From the NCBI RefSeq assembly GCF_003334765.1, contig NZ_QOWT01000008.1: 64,000 bases of DNA; one strand, 5' to 3'. A program made the position numbers and the translations under genes. A model generated the notes under the pieces. It did not search any database. It saw only the letters and a list, made by a program, of their open reading frames with translations, and was not told the DNA's origin. The DNA comes from Escherichia coli. Its GTDB lineage: Bacteria; Pseudomonadota; Gammaproteobacteria; Enterobacterales; Enterobacteriaceae. Positions 10,326 to 22,463 of this stretch are shown one piece after another. Position 1 is the first letter of the stretch, and every line of letters starts with the position of its first letter.

Positions 10326-12329
10326 TCAGGCACCTTTCACTCCCAGCACCTTATGCGCTTTTGCCACAATATTCTCGGCGGTAAAGCCAAAGAACGGGAA
10401 CAGCTTATCCGCCGGAGCAGATTCCCCGTAACCCGTCATCCCGACAATTGCCCCTTTCAGACCAACATACTTGTACCAGTAATCGGCAATACCTGCTTCC
10501 ACCGCCACGCGAGCCGCAACGTTAGAAGGCAACACCGACTCCCGATATTCCTCATCCTGGGCGTCGAAAATATCGGTCGAGGGCAGGGAAACTACGCGTA
10601 CATTGCGACCTTCTCCTGCTAATTTCTCTGCCGCTTGCAGGGTAATTTCCATCTCTGAACCGGTGGCAATCAGAATAATATCTGGCTTACCGCCGCTGTC
10701 TTTCAGCACATAACCGCCACGAGCAATCTCTTTAACCTGATCCGGCGTACGTTCCACCTGGGCCAGATTCTGCCTTGAGAGGATCAGTGCCGTCGGTCCG
10801 TTGTGGCGCTCAACCGCCAGCTTCCAGCCCACCGCCGCTTCCACCTGATCGCACGGTCGCCAGGTGCTGAAATTTGGCGTTAAGCGCAGGCTGGCCAGTT
10901 GCTCAACAGCCTGGTGCGTCGGACCATCTTCGCCCAGGCCAATTGAGTCGTGGGTATAAACCATAATCTGCCGCGCTTTCATCAGTGCCGCCATCCGCGC
11001 GGCGTTACGGGCGTATTCAACAAACATCAGGAACGTCGCGGTATACGGCACAAAGCCGCCGTGGTGCGCGATGCCGTTGGCGATAGCGGTCATGCCAAAT
11101 TCACGCACCCCGTAGTGAATGTAGTTGCCCGCTGGATCTTCCTTCAGCGAAACAGAACCTTTCCAGATGGTCAGGTTGCTGGGAGCCAGATCCGCCGAAC
11201 CGCCGAGCAACTCAGGCAGCATCGGCCCGTAAGCGTTAAGCGTATTTTGCGAAGCCTTACGGGTAGCGATTTTCGCCGGATTTGCCTGTAACTCATTGAT
11301 ATATTTCTGAGTCGTTTTCTCCCAGTCCTTCGGTAAACCACCGCTCATCCGTCGGGTAAACTCTTCTGCCAGTTGCGGATGAGCCTTTTTATAGGCGGCA
11401 AACTTCTCATTCCAGCTCTGCTGCGCTTTTTCGCCTTTTTCACGGGCATCCCAGGCGTGATAAATCTCTTTAGGGATCTCAAATGGCGGATGGTGCCAGC
11501 CCAGTTTTTGCCGTGCCAGCGCCACTTCTTCTTCCCCCAGTGGTGCGCCGTGCGCCTCTTCCTTACCTGCTTTATTCGGCGAACCAAAGCCAATCACCGT
11601 ACGGCAGATAATCAGCGACGGCTTATCTTTCACGCTTTGCGCTTCAAGGATCGCTTCCTTCACCGCCTGCGGATCGTGACCGTCGATTTCATGGATCACA
11701 TGCCAGTGATAGGCTTCAAAACGTTTTGCCGTATCGTCGGTAAACCAGCCTTCTGTTTCACCGTCGATGGAAATACCGTTGTGATCGTAAAAACCAATCA
11801 GCTTGCCCAGTCCCAGCGTGCCTGCCAGCGAACAGACTTCGTGGGAAATACCTTCCATCAGGCAGCCGTCGCCCATAAACACATAGGTGAAGTGATCGAC
11901 GATCTCATGGTCTGGCTGGTTAAACTGCGCCGCCAGTGTACGCTCTGCTATCGCCAGCCCGACGGCGTTCGCCAAACCTTGTCCAAGCGGGCCGGTGGTG
12001 GTTTCAACGCCTGGCGTATAGCCAATCTCCGGGTGGCCTGGGGTTTTCGAATGCAACTGACGGAAGTTCTTCAGTTCTTCCAGCGGCAGGTCGTAACCGG
12101 TCAGATGTAGCAAACTGTAGAGCAGCATCGACGCGTGACCGTTGGAAAGAATAAAGCGGTCGCGATCATACCAGGTTGGGTCGGTAGGGTTATGTTTAAG
12201 AAAATCGTTCCACAGCACTTCGGCAATATCAGCCATGCCCATCGGCGCGCCGGGATGACCAGAGTTGGCTTTTTGTACCGCATCCATACTGAGTGCGCGA
12301 ATCGCATTGGCAAGGTCTTTTCGGGACAT
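10326..12329 (-). CDS. tktB: transketolase 2
   Basis: Internal start [21 protein letters not shown] gives 667 aa; ORF-track start 12392 is an extension. Confidence 0.95.
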   Translation of the reverse strand: MSRKDLANAIRALSMDAVQKANSGHPGAPMGMADIAEVLWNDFLKHNPTDPTWYDRDRFILSNGHASMLLYSLLHLTGYDLPLEELKNFRQLHSKTPGHPEIGYTPGVETTTGPLGQGLANAVGLAIAERTLAAQFNQPDHEIVDHFTYVFMGDGCLMEGISHEVCSLAGTLGLGKLIGFYDHNGISIDGETEGWFTDDTAKRFEAYHWHVIHEIDGHDPQAVKEAILEAQSVKDKPSLIICRTVIGFGSPNKAGKEEAHGAPLGEEEVALARQKLGWHHPPFEIPKEIYHAWDAREKGEKAQQSWNEKFAAYKKAHPQLAEEFTRRMSGGLPKDWEKTTQKYINELQANPAKIATRKASQNTLNAYGPMLPELLGGSADLAPSNLTIWKGSVSLKEDPAGNYIHYGVREFGMTAIANGIAHHGGFVPYTATFLMFVEYARNAARMAALMKARQIMVYTHDSIGLGEDGPTHQAVEQLASLRLTPNFSTWRPCDQVEAAVGWKLAVERHNGPTALILSRQNLAQVERTPDQVKEIARGGYVLKDSGGKPDIILIATGSEMEITLQAAEKLAGEGRNVRVVSLPSTDIFDAQDEEYRESVLPSNVAARVAVEAGIADYWYKYVGLKGAIVGMTGYGESAPADKLFPFFGFTAENIVAKAHKVLGVKGA

Positions 12330-12348
12330 ATAACACTCCGTGGCTGGT

Positions 12349-13299
12349 TTATAGTTTGGCGGCAAGAAGATCTTCCAGTTTGCGTTGATCAACGGCGAAC
12401 AGACGAATGCCTTCAGACAGTTTTTCTACCGCCATCGCATCCTGATTGTGCTCCCAACGGAACTCCGCTTCGCTCATGGGAGCTGGGCGTGGGAACGTCT
12501 GAGAAGGTGGGATTAATTTACGTACCACTGGCGAAACTTTTTCCTGCAGCTCCTTCAGTAAATTCGGTGCGATAGTCAGTCGATCGCAGCCGGTTAAGGC
12601 GAGGATTTGTTCGGTGCGACGGAAGCTCGCGCCCATCACAATGGTTTCATAGTGGTGTTGCTTATAGTAGTCGTAGATATTGCGCACCGATTTAACGCCC
12701 GGATCTTCTTCCACCACATACGGGTCCATCGGCTTGCGTGCCTGATACCAGTCATAAATACGCCCGACAAACGGCGAAATCAGAAAAACGCCTGCTTCCG
12801 CACAGGCCCGTGCCTGTGCAAAAGAAAACAGCAGCGTCAGGTTGCAGTTAATACCTTCTTTTTCCAGCTCTTCTGCCGCGCGAATTCCTTCCCAGGTCGA
12901 AGCCAGCTTGATCAGAATGCGTGATTTCTCAACGCCTTGTTGCTGATACAAGTCCACCAGATGGCGCGCCTTCTCAATACTCTTTTCTTTATCAAAAGAG
13001 AGGCGTGCATCAACTTCTGTTGACACGCGACCGGGTACGATTTTGAGGATTTCAGCACCGAAATTGACCGCCAGTTTGTCACACGCTGCGACCACCTGTT
13101 GTTCCTGGGTCTTGCCATTTTTTTTACCCCAGGCGATAGCATCGTCTATTAAATGCTCATATTGTGATAATCCGGCAGCTTTGAGTAACAGCGAAGGATT
13201 GGTGGTGGCATCCTGGGGATGATAATGGCGAATGGACTCAATATCGCCGCTGTCTGCCACGACAGTGGTGAACTGTTTGATGCCGTCTAACTCGTTCAT
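12349..13299 (-). CDS. talA: transaldolase A
   Basis: 316 aa recognised as TalA; 19-nt gap to tktB start, so a talA-tktB operon. Confidence 0.95.
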   Translation of the reverse strand: MNELDGIKQFTTVVADSGDIESIRHYHPQDATTNPSLLLKAAGLSQYEHLIDDAIAWGKKNGKTQEQQVVAACDKLAVNFGAEILKIVPGRVSTEVDARLSFDKEKSIEKARHLVDLYQQQGVEKSRILIKLASTWEGIRAAEELEKEGINCNLTLLFSFAQARACAEAGVFLISPFVGRIYDWYQARKPMDPYVVEEDPGVKSVRNIYDYYKQHHYETIVMGASFRRTEQILALTGCDRLTIAPNLLKELQEKVSPVVRKLIPPSQTFPRPAPMSEAEFRWEHNQDAMAVEKLSEGIRLFAVDQRKLEDLLAAKL

Positions 13300-13587
13300 A
13301 GGAAATACTCCTTGAAAAGTAAAGTGTTAGATGAGTGCGTTAATTCACACTTCTGAGAAATTTCGCTAAACGCATCAAAAAAGCATAGCAGACAGGCATG
13401 GTATTGCTGGATTAAGCAGGTAACATCAGTGTTATAGGATTATTACCAAAACATTATATTAATGGTGAGAGTTTGGACTTGCTCAAAGTCTGTAGACTCC
13501 GGCAGGGTAATAATGTGCGCCACGTTGTGGGCAGGGGCTGTTGCCCACACACTTTATTTGTGAACGTTACGTGAAAGGAACAACCAA

Positions 13588-15867
13588 ATGGATGACCAGT
13601 TAAAACAAAGTGCACTTGATTTCCATGAATTTCCAGTTCCAGGGAAAATCCAGGTTTCTCCAACCAAGCCTCTGGCAACACAGCGCGATCTGGCGCTGGC
13701 CTACTCACCAGGCGTTGCCGCACCTTGTCTTGAAATCGAAAAAGACCCGTTAAAAGCCTACAAATATACCGCCCGCGGTAACCTGGTGGCGGTGATCTCT
13801 AACGGTACGGCGGTGCTGGGGTTAGGCAACATTGGCGCGCTGGCAGGCAAACCGGTGATGGAAGGCAAGGGCGTTCTGTTTAAGAAATTCGCCGGGATTG
13901 ATGTATTTGACATTGAAGTTGACGAACTCGACCCGGACAAATTTATTGAAGTTGTCGCCGCGCTCGAACCAACCTTCGGCGGCATCAACCTCGAAGACAT
14001 TAAAGCGCCAGAATGTTTCTATATTGAACAGAAACTGCGCGAGCGGATGAATATTCCGGTATTCCACGACGATCAGCACGGCACGGCAATTATCAGCACT
14101 GCCGCCATCCTCAACGGCTTGCGCGTGGTGGAGAAAAACATCTCCGACGTGCGGATGGTGGTTTCCGGCGCGGGTGCCGCAGCAATCGCCTGTATGAACC
14201 TGCTGGTAGCGCTGGGTCTGCAAAAACATAACATCGTGGTTTGCGATTCAAAAGGCGTTATCTATCAGGGCCGTGAGCCAAACATGGCGGAAACCAAAGC
14301 CGCATATGCGGTGGTGGATGACGGCAAACGTACCCTCGATGATGTGATTGAAGGCGCGGATATTTTCCTGGGCTGTTCCGGCCCGAAAGTGCTGACCCAG
14401 GAAATGGTGAAGAAAATGGCTCGTGCGCCAATGATCCTGGCGCTGGCGAACCCGGAACCGGAAATTCTGCCGCCGCTGGCGAAAGAAGTGCGTCCGGATG
14501 CCATCATTTGCACCGGTCGTTCTGACTATCCGAACCAGGTGAACAACGTCCTGTGCTTCCCGTTCATCTTCCGTGGCGCGCTGGACGTTGGCGCAACCGC
14601 CATCAACGAAGAGATGAAACTGGCGGCGGTACGTGCGATTGCAGAACTCGCCCATGCGGAACAGAGCGAAGTGGTGGCTTCAGCGTATGGCGATCAGGAT
14701 CTGAGCTTTGGTCCGGAATACATCATTCCAAAACCGTTTGATCCGCGCTTGATCGTTAAGATCGCTCCTGCGGTCGCTAAAGCCGCGATGGAGTCGGGCG
14801 TGGCGACTCGTCCGATTGCTGATTTCGACGTCTACATCGACAAGCTGACTGAGTTCGTTTACAAAACCAACCTGTTTATGAAGCCGATTTTCTCCCAGGC
14901 TCGCAAAGCGCCGAAGCGCGTTGTTCTGCCGGAAGGGGAAGAGGCGCGCGTTCTGCATGCCACTCAGGAACTGGTAACGCTGGGACTGGCGAAACCGATC
15001 CTTATCGGTCGTCCGAACGTGATCGAAATGCGCATTCAGAAACTGGGCTTGCAGATCAAAGCGGGCGTTGATTTTGAGATCGTCAATAACGAATCCGATC
15101 CGCGCTTTAAAGAGTACTGGACCGAATACTTCCAGATCATGAAGCGTCGCGGCGTCACTCAGGAACAGGCGCAGCGGGCGCTGATCAGTAACCCGACAGT
15201 GATCGGCGCGATCATGGTTCAGCGTGGGGAAGCCGATGCAATGATTTGCGGTACGGTGGGTGATTATCATGAACATTTTAGCGTGGTGAAAAATGTCTTT
15301 GGTTATCGCGATGGCGTTCACACCGCAGGTGCCATGAACGCGCTGCTGCTGCCGAGTGGTAACACCTTTATTGCCGATACATATGTTAATGATGAACCGG
15401 ATGCAGAAGAGCTGGCGGAGATCACCTTGATGGCGGCAGAAACTGTCCGTCGTTTTGGTATTGAGCCGCGCGTTGCTTTGTTGTCGCACTCCAACTTTGG
15501 TTCTTCTGACTGCCCGTCGTCGAGCAAAATGCGTCAGGCGCTGGAACTGGTCAGGGAACGTGCACCAGAACTGATGATTGATGGTGAAATGCACGGCGAT
15601 GCAGCGCTGGTGGAAGCGATTCGCAACGACCGTATGCCGGACAGCTCTTTGAAAGGTTCCGCCAATATTCTGGTGATGCCGAACATGGAAGCTGCCCGCA
15701 TTAGTTACAACTTACTGCGTGTTTCCAGCTCGGAAGGTGTGACTGTCGGCCCGGTGCTGATGGGTGTGGCGAAACCGGTTCACGTGTTAACGCCGATCGC
15801 ATCGGTGCGTCGTATCGTCAACATGGTGGCGCTGGCCGTGGTAGAAGCGCAAACCCAACCGCTGTAA
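13588..15867 (+). CDS. maeB: NADP-dependent malic enzyme (malic enzyme domain plus C-terminal PTA-like domain)
   Basis: 759 aa recognised as MaeB. Confidence 0.96.
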
Positions 15868-15883
15868 TTTTTTTAACTCTCAC

Positions 15884-15909
15884 GCTTACCCTGAATATTC
15901 AGGGTAAGC
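15884..15909. terminator. perfect 26-bp palindrome GCTTACCCTGAATATTCAGGGTAAGC; possible maeB terminator or protein-binding site
   Basis: Read directly 17 nt after the maeB stop; downstream U-tract is weak, so function is uncertain. Confidence 0.35.
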
Positions 15910-16158
15910 AGTTTAGCTGCAATATATTAGTAAAGCTTATTACTGAGTTTGCGAATAATAAAAAAAAGCAGTCTATATAATATCTCGATATTATTTTATT
16001 TATATTCATGCGTTGCATATGAAAGTTTATGCACCACAGCGAATATCTCTCCATTCTTAGTGATCTACCTCACCTTTTAAACGCGCTTGCCGAATTTTGT
16101 TATTTACTCTGACGAAAAATTGTCACGATACACGAAAGTTTTTCACAGGCGGCGACTC
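15910..16158 (+). promoter_or_regulatory. eut operon upstream control region (main promoter, EutR-responsive)
   Basis: AT-rich 250-bp region directly upstream of eutS; region-level call only, sites not mapped. Confidence 0.4.
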
Positions 16159-16494
16159 ATGGATAAAGAACGCATCATTCAGGAATTTGTGCCCGGCAAA
16201 CAGGTCACACTGGCGCATCTCATCGCGCATCCCGGTGAGGAACTGGCGAAGAAAATCGGCGTTCCGGATGCGGGCGCAATTGGCATTATGACGCTAACTC
16301 CCGGCGAAACGGCGATGATCGCCGGTGATTTAGCGCTGAAAGCCGCTGATGTGCATATCGGTTTTCTCGACCGATTCAGCGGTGCATTGGTGATTTATGG
16401 CTCGGTGGGCGCAGTAGAAGAAGCGTTATCACAAACCGTCAGCGGTTTAGGTCGCTTATTAAATTATACGCTTTGTGAAATGACCAAAAGTTAA
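16159..16494 (+). CDS. eutS: microcompartment shell protein EutS
   Basis: Internal ATG 16159 gives 111 aa starting [10 protein letters not shown]; ORF-track start is an extension. Confidence 0.93.
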
Positions 16495-16506
16495 TACGAG
16501 GCATTC

Positions 16507-16986
16507 ATGAAACGAATTGCGTTTGTGGGTAGCGTCGGGGCAGGAAAAACAACGTTATTTAATGCGTTGCAGGGGAATTATACCCTCGCCAGAAAAACAC
16601 AGGCCGTGGAATTTAATGATAAGGGCGATATTGATACGCCGGGTGAATATTTTAACCATCCCCGCTGGTATCACGCCTTAATTACCACGCTACAGGATGT
16701 AGACATGCTGATCTATGTCCATGGCGCAAATGACCCGGAAAGTCGGTTGCCTGCCGGGTTGCTGGATATTGGCGTCAGCAAACGGCAAATCGCCGTCATC
16801 AGTAAAACGGACATGCCAGATGCTGACGTCGCCGCAACGCGAAAGTTATTGCTTGAGACGGGCTTCGAAGAGCCGATTTTCGAGCTAAACAGCCACGACC
16901 CGCAAAGCGTGCAGCAACTGGTGGATTATCTGGCATCTCTCACCAAACAGGAGGAAGCAGGTGAAAAAACTCATCACAGCGAATGA
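16507..16986 (+). CDS. eutP: EutP, P-loop GTPase/ATPase-like protein
   Basis: 159 aa; Walker A GSVGAGKTTL. Confidence 0.93.
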   Translation: MKRIAFVGSVGAGKTTLFNALQGNYTLARKTQAVEFNDKGDIDTPGEYFNHPRWYHALITTLQDVDMLIYVHGANDPESRLPAGLLDIGVSKRQIAVISKTDMPDADVAATRKLLLETGFEEPIFELNSHDPQSVQQLVDYLASLTKQEEAGEKTHHSE

Positions 16987-17662
16987 TATTCGTGAAGCAC
17001 ACGCGCGCGGCGAACAGGCAATGTCCGTGGTTCTGCGCGCCAGCATTATTACCCCGGAAGCCCGTGAAGTGGCGGATCTACTGGGTTTTACCATCACCGA
17101 ATGTGATGAATCGATCCCGGTAACGGCGTCCGTGCCCGCCAGCGTGCCAGCCGACAAAACCGAAAGCCAGCGCATCCGCGAAACCATCATTGCCCAGCTG
17201 CCGGAAGGCCAGTTTACCGAAAGCCTGGTCGCACAGCTGATGGAAAAAGTGATGAAGGAAAAACAGTCGCTGGAGCAGGGCGCAATGCAGCCGAGCTTCA
17301 AATCGGTGACCGGCAAAGGCGGCATCAAAGTGATTGATGGCAGTAGCGTCAAGTTTGGTCGTTTCGACGGCGCAGAGCCGCATTGCGTGGGCTTGACTGA
17401 TCTTGTGACCGGAGACGACGGCAGCAGCATGGCCGCCGGTTTTATGCAGTGGGAGAACGCATTCTTCCCGTGGACCCTGAACTACGACGAAATCGACATG
17501 GTGCTGGAAGGGGAGCTGCATGTTCGCCACGAAGGCCAAACCATGATCGCCAAAGCAGGCGACGTGATGTTTATCCCGAAAGGCTCCAGCATCGAATTTG
17601 GTACGACATCCAGCGTGAAATTCCTGTATGTCGCCTGGCCGGCTAACTGGCAATCCCTATGA
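16961..17662 (+). CDS. eutQ: EutQ, cupin-fold protein
   Basis: 233 aa; overlaps eutP by 26 nt. Confidence 0.92.
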   Translation: MKKLITANDIREAHARGEQAMSVVLRASIITPEAREVADLLGFTITECDESIPVTASVPASVPADKTESQRIRETIIAQLPEGQFTESLVAQLMEKVMKEKQSLEQGAMQPSFKSVTGKGGIKVIDGSSVKFGRFDGAEPHCVGLTDLVTGDDGSSMAAGFMQWENAFFPWTLNYDEIDMVLEGELHVRHEGQTMIAKAGDVMFIPKGSSIEFGTTSSVKFLYVAWPANWQSL

Positions 17663-18462
17663 AAGATTTCATCACCGAAGCATGGCTAAGAGCGAACCAT
17701 ACGCTCAGCGAAGGCGCAGAGATCCATCTCCCTGCGGACAGTCGCCTGACGCCCTCTGCCCGGGAGTTGCTGGAAAGCCGCCATCTGCGCATCAAGTTTA
17801 TTGACGAGCAGGGCCGCCTGTTTGTTGACGATGAACAGCAGCAGCCGCAGCCCGTTCATGGGCTGACCAGTAGCGATGAACATCCGCAGGCGTGCTGCGA
17901 ACTGTGTCGCCAGCCGGTGGCAAAAAAGCCGGATACGCTGACTCACCTGTCGGCGGAAAAAATGGTCGCCAAAAGCGATCCGCGTCTGGGTTTTCGCGCG
18001 GTTCTCGACAGCACCATTGCGCTGGCAGTGTGGCTGCAAATTGAACTGGCGGAACCGTGGCAGCCGTGGCTGGCGGATATCCGTTCGCGTCTTGGCAACA
18101 TTATGCGCGCCGATGCGCTGGGGGAACCGCTGGGCTGCCAGGCGATTGTCGGGCTTTCTGACGAAGATCTGCATCGGCTTTCTCATCAGCCGCTGCGCTA
18201 TCTCGACCACGATCATCTGGTGCCGGAAGCCAGCCACGGGCGCGATGCTGCGTTGCTCAATCTGCTACGCACCAAAGTGCGGGAAACCGAAACCGTAGCG
18301 GCGCAGGTCTTTATCACCCGCAGCTTTGAAGTATTACGCCCGGACATTTTGCAGGCGCTGAACCGCCTTTCGAGCACGGTCTACGTGATGATGATCCTGA
18401 GCGTAACGAAGCAGCCGCTAACGGTGAAGCAGATCCAACAACGACTGGGGGAAACGCAATGA
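17659..18462 (+). CDS. eutT: EutT, cob(I)alamin adenosyltransferase
   Basis: 267 aa; 4-nt overlap with eutQ. Confidence 0.92.
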
Positions 18463-19475
18463 TTATTGAACGTTGTCGTGAACTGGCGTTGCGAGCGCCC
18501 GCCAGAGTGGTTTTTCCGGATGCGTTAGACCAACGTGTGCTGAAAGCCGCGCAATATTTACATCAACAAGGTCTGGCAACGCCCATTCTGGTCGCCAATC
18601 CGTTTGAACTTCGTCAGTTTGCGCTCAGTCACGGCGTGGCGATGGACGGGCTACAGGTGATTGATCCGCATGGCAACCTCGCAATGCGGGAAGAATTTGC
18701 TCATCGCTGGCTGGCCCGCGCGGGCGAAAAAACGCCGCCGGATGCGCTGGAAAAACTTACCGACCCTCTGATGTTCGCCGCAGCAATGGTCAGCGCCGGT
18801 AAAGCGGATGTCTGTATCGCGGGCAACCTCTCTTCCACGGCAAATGTGCTGCGTGCCGGATTACGCATTATCGGCTTGCAGCCAGGCTGTAAAACGCTCT
18901 CTTCCATTTTCCTGATGTTGCCACAGTACAGCGGCCCGGCGTTGGGCTTTGCCGATTGCAGCGTGGTGCCACAGCCGACGGCGGCGCAGCTGGCGGATAT
19001 CGCGCTTGCCAGTGCCGAAACCTGGCGCGCCATCACCGGAGAAGAGCCGCGCGTGGCGATGCTGTCGTTTTCCAGCAATGGTAGCGCCCGTCACCCCTGT
19101 GTTGCTAACGTCCAGCAGGCGACAGAAATCGTCCGTGAGCGCGCACCAAAGCTGGTGGTGGATGGCGAGTTACAGTTTGACGCCGCCTTCGTGCCGGAAG
19201 TGGCGGCGCAAAAAGCGCCTGCCAGCCCGCTACAGGGCAAGGCCAATGTGATGGTTTTTCCGTCGCTGGAAGCCGGAAATATTGGTTACAAAATCGCACA
19301 ACGACTCGGCGGATATCGTGCCGTCGGGCCACTGATACAAGGACTTGCCGCGCCGATGCACGATCTCTCTCGTGGTTGTAGCGTGCAGGAAATTATCGAG
19401 CTGGCGCTGGTGGCAGCTGTGCCGCGTCAGACAGAAGTGAACCGCGAAAGCAGTTTACAAACACTGGTTGAATGA
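18459..19475 (+). CDS. eutD: EutD, phosphotransacetylase
   Basis: 338 aa PTA-family protein; 4-nt overlap with eutT. Confidence 0.93.
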
Positions 19476-19513
19476 ACGGTCCCGTTCTGGACCCTGATAA
19501 AGAGGAAAGCACA

Positions 19514-19807
19514 ATGGAAGCATTAGGAATGATCGAAACCCGGGGCCTGGTTGCACTGATTGAGGCTTCTGACGCGATGGTGAAAGCTGCGCGCGTCAAG
19601 CTGGTTGGTGTTAAGCAGATTGGCGGCGGCCTGTGTACTGCCATGGTTCGTGGTGATGTTGCAGCCTGTAAAGCCGCGACCGATGCAGGTGCCGCAGCGG
19701 CACAGCGTATCGGCGAGCTGGTATCTGTACACGTTATCCCGCGTCCGCACGGCGACCTGGAAGAAGTCTTCCCGATCGGCCTGAAAGGCGATAGCAGCAA
19801 CCTGTAA
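19514..19807 (+). CDS. eutM: EutM, BMC-domain hexameric shell protein
   Basis: Internal ATG 19514 after AGAGGAAAG gives 97 aa starting [15 protein letters not shown]. Confidence 0.93.
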   Translation: MEALGMIETRGLVALIEASDAMVKAARVKLVGVKQIGGGLCTAMVRGDVAACKAATDAGAAAAQRIGELVSVHVIPRPHGDLEEVFPIGLKGDSSNL

Positions 19808-19913
19808 TCACCCTGTGTGACGTCGATTCGGGCGTCACGCTCTCTCCTTTTTCATTTTACCTTCTGCGGAGGGTAGGGGGAGCTTTTACCTGAAATACGC
19901 CACGGAGGCGGGT

Positions 19914-20201
19914 ATGAAACTGGCAGTCGTCACTGGACAAATTGTTTGTACCGTACGCCATCACGGACTGGCGCATGACAAATTGCTGATGGTGGAAATG
20001 ATTGATCCACAAGGTAATCCTGACGGGCAATGCGCCGTCGCCATCGACAATATTGGCGCGGGAACCGGGGAGTGGGTGTTACTGGTGAGTGGCAGTTCCG
20101 CCCGCCAGGCGCATAAAAGCGAAACGTCACCGGTCGATCTGTGCGTGATTGGCATTGTCGATGAGGTGGTGTCTGGCGGTCAGGTAATTTTCCACAAATA
20201 A
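19914..20201 (+). CDS. eutN: EutN, pentameric vertex shell protein
   Basis: 95 aa; GGAGG RBS upstream. Confidence 0.93.
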   Translation: MKLAVVTGQIVCTVRHHGLAHDKLLMVEMIDPQGNPDGQCAVAIDNIGAGTGEWVLLVSGSSARQAHKSETSPVDLCVIGIVDEVVSGGQVIFHK

Positions 20202-20212
20202 GGCAGAACATC

Positions 20213-21616
20213 ATGAATCAACAGGATATTGAACAGGTGGTGAAAGCGGTACTGCTGAAAATGCAAAGCAGTGACACGCCGTCCGCCGCCGTTCATGAGA
20301 TGGGCGTTTTCGCGTCCCTGGATGACGCCGTTGCGGCAGCCAAAGTCGCCCAGCAAGGGTTAAAAAGCGTGGCAATGCGCCAGTTAGCCATTGCTGCCAT
20401 TCGTGAAGCAGGCGAAAAACACGCCAGAGATTTAGCGGAACTTGCCGTCAGTGAAACCGGCATGGGGCGCGTTGAAGATAAATTTGCAAAAAACGTCGCT
20501 CAGGCGCGCGGCACACCAGGCGTTGAGTGCCTCTCTCCGCAAGTGCTGACTGGCGACAACGGCCTGACCCTAATTGAAAACGCACCCTGGGGCGTGGTGG
20601 CTTCGGTGACGCCTTCCACTAACCCGGCGGCAACCGTAATTAACAACGCCATCAGCCTGATTGCCGCGGGCAACAGCGTCATTTTTGCCCCGCATCCGGC
20701 GGCGAAAAAAGTCTCCCAGCGGGCGATTACGCTGCTCAACCAGGCGATTGTTGCCGCAGGTGGGCCGGAAAACTTACTGGTTACTGTGGCAAATCCGGAT
20801 ATCGAAACCGCGCAACGCTTGTTCAAGTTTCCGGGTATCGGCCTGCTGGTGGTAACCGGCGGCGAAGCGGTAGTAGAAGCGGCGCGTAAACACACCAATA
20901 AACGTCTGATTGCCGCAGGCGCTGGCAACCCGCCGGTAGTGGTGGATGAAACCGCCGACCTCGCCCGTGCCGCTCAGTCCATCGTCAAAGGCGCTTCTTT
21001 CGATAACAACATCATTTGTGCCGACGAAAAGGTACTGATTGTTGTTGATAGCGTAGCCGATGAACTGATGCGTCTGATGGAAGGCCAGCACGCGGTGAAA
21101 CTGACCGCAGAACAGGCGCAGCAGCTGCAACCGGTGTTGCTGAAAAATATCGACGAGCGCGGAAAAGGCACCGTCAGCCGTGACTGGGTTGGTCGCGACG
21201 CAGGCAAAATCGCGGCGGCAATCGGCCTTAAAGTTCCGCAAGAAACGCGCCTGCTGTTTGTGGAAACCACCGCAGAACATCCGTTTGCCGTGACTGAACT
21301 GATGATGCCGGTGTTGCCCGTCGTGCGCGTCGCCAACGTGGCGGATGCCATTGCGCTAGCGGTGAAACTGGAAGGCGGTTGCCACCACACGGCGGCAATG
21401 CACTCGCGCAACATCGAAAACATGAACCAGATGGCGAATGCTATTGATACCAGCATTTTCGTTAAGAACGGACCGTGCATTGCCGGGCTGGGGCTGGGCG
21501 GGGAAGGCTGGACCACCATGACCATCACCACGCCAACCGGTGAAGGGGTAACCAGCGCGCGTACGTTTGTCCGTCTGCGTCGCTGTGTATTAGTCGATGC
21601 GTTTCGCATTGTTTAA
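20213..21616 (+). CDS. eutE: EutE, CoA-acylating acetaldehyde dehydrogenase
   Basis: 467 aa aldehyde dehydrogenase family. Confidence 0.95.
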   Translation: MNQQDIEQVVKAVLLKMQSSDTPSAAVHEMGVFASLDDAVAAAKVAQQGLKSVAMRQLAIAAIREAGEKHARDLAELAVSETGMGRVEDKFAKNVAQARGTPGVECLSPQVLTGDNGLTLIENAPWGVVASVTPSTNPAATVINNAISLIAAGNSVIFAPHPAAKKVSQRAITLLNQAIVAAGGPENLLVTVANPDIETAQRLFKFPGIGLLVVTGGEAVVEAARKHTNKRLIAAGAGNPPVVVDETADLARAAQSIVKGASFDNNIICADEKVLIVVDSVADELMRLMEGQHAVKLTAEQAQQLQPVLLKNIDERGKGTVSRDWVGRDAGKIAAAIGLKVPQETRLLFVETTAEHPFAVTELMMPVLPVVRVANVADAIALAVKLEGGCHHTAAMHSRNIENMNQMANAIDTSIFVKNGPCIAGLGLGGEGWTTMTITTPTGEGVTSARTFVRLRRCVLVDAFRIV

Positions 21617-21626
21617 GGAGTAACAG

Positions 21627-22463
21627 ATGGCGCACGACGAACAATGGCTCACCCCACGTCTGCAAACGGCGGCAACGCTGTGTAACCAGACGCCCGCCGC
21701 GACGGAATCTCCGCTGTGGCTGGGGGTGGATCTGGGCACCTGCGATGTGGTGTCGATGGTTGTCGACCGCGACGGTCAGCCAGTGGCGGTATGCCTCGAC
21801 TGGGCCGATGTGGTTCGCGACGGCATCGTCTGGGATTTCTTCGGCGCTGTCACCATTGTTCGTCGCCATCTCGACACGCTCGAGCAGCAATTCGGTCGTC
21901 GTTTTAGCCATGCGGCGACTTCATTTCCTCCAGGTACGGACCCGCGTATTTCCATCAACGTGCTGGAATCTGCCGGACTGGAAGTGAGCCATGTGCTGGA
22001 TGAGCCAACCGCAGTTGCGGATCTGCTGCAACTGGACAACGCCGGTGTAGTGGATATCGGCGGCGGCACTACCGGCATTGCCATCGTGAAAAAGGGCAAG
22101 GTGACGTACTCGGCGGATGAAGCCACCGGCGGACATCACATCTCTCTGACTCTCGCCGGAAATCGCCGTATTTCGCTGGAAGAGGCGGAGCAGTACAAGC
22201 GCGGTCACGGTGAAGAGATTTGGCCTGCGGTGAAACCGGTGTACGAAAAAATGGCGGACATTGTCGCCCGGCATATTGAAGGGCAGGGCATTACTGATTT
22301 ATGGCTGGCGGGCGGCTCTTGTATGCAACCGGGCGTGGCGGAACTGTTTCGCAAACAATTCCCGGCGTTACAGGTGCATTTACCGCAGCACAGTTTGTTT
22401 ATGACCCCGCTGGCGATCGCCAGTAGTGGGCGAGAGAAAGCGGAGGGGCTATATGCAAAATGA
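21627..22463 (+). CDS. eutJ: EutJ, actin/Hsp70-fold chaperone-like ATPase
   Basis: 278 aa; DIGGGTTGIAIV motif. Confidence 0.92.
   Translation: MAHDEQWLTPRLQTAATLCNQTPAATESPLWLGVDLGTCDVVSMVVDRDGQPVAVCLDWADVVRDGIVWDFFGAVTIVRRHLDTLEQQFGRRFSHAATSFPPGTDPRISINVLESAGLEVSHVLDEPTAVADLLQLDNAGVVDIGGGTTGIAIVKKGKVTYSADEATGGHHISLTLAGNRRISLEEAEQYKRGHGEEIWPAVKPVYEKMADIVARHIEGQGITDLWLAGGSCMQPGVAELFRKQFPALQVHLPQHSLFMTPLAIASSGREKAEGLYAK

Noticed and set aside
16087-16158. N-terminal extensions in the ORF track (narQ, nudK, tktB, eutS, eutM, eutG, eutK, ypeA, yfeX, yfeW, murR, ucpA, cysM, zipA, ypeB, xapR)
   Set aside because: The track opens at the first in-frame ATG/GTG/TTG after a stop; internal starts were chosen where an SD sequence precedes them and the product begins with the remembered N-terminus. 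Exact starts for narQ, yfeZ and yfeW remain less certain.
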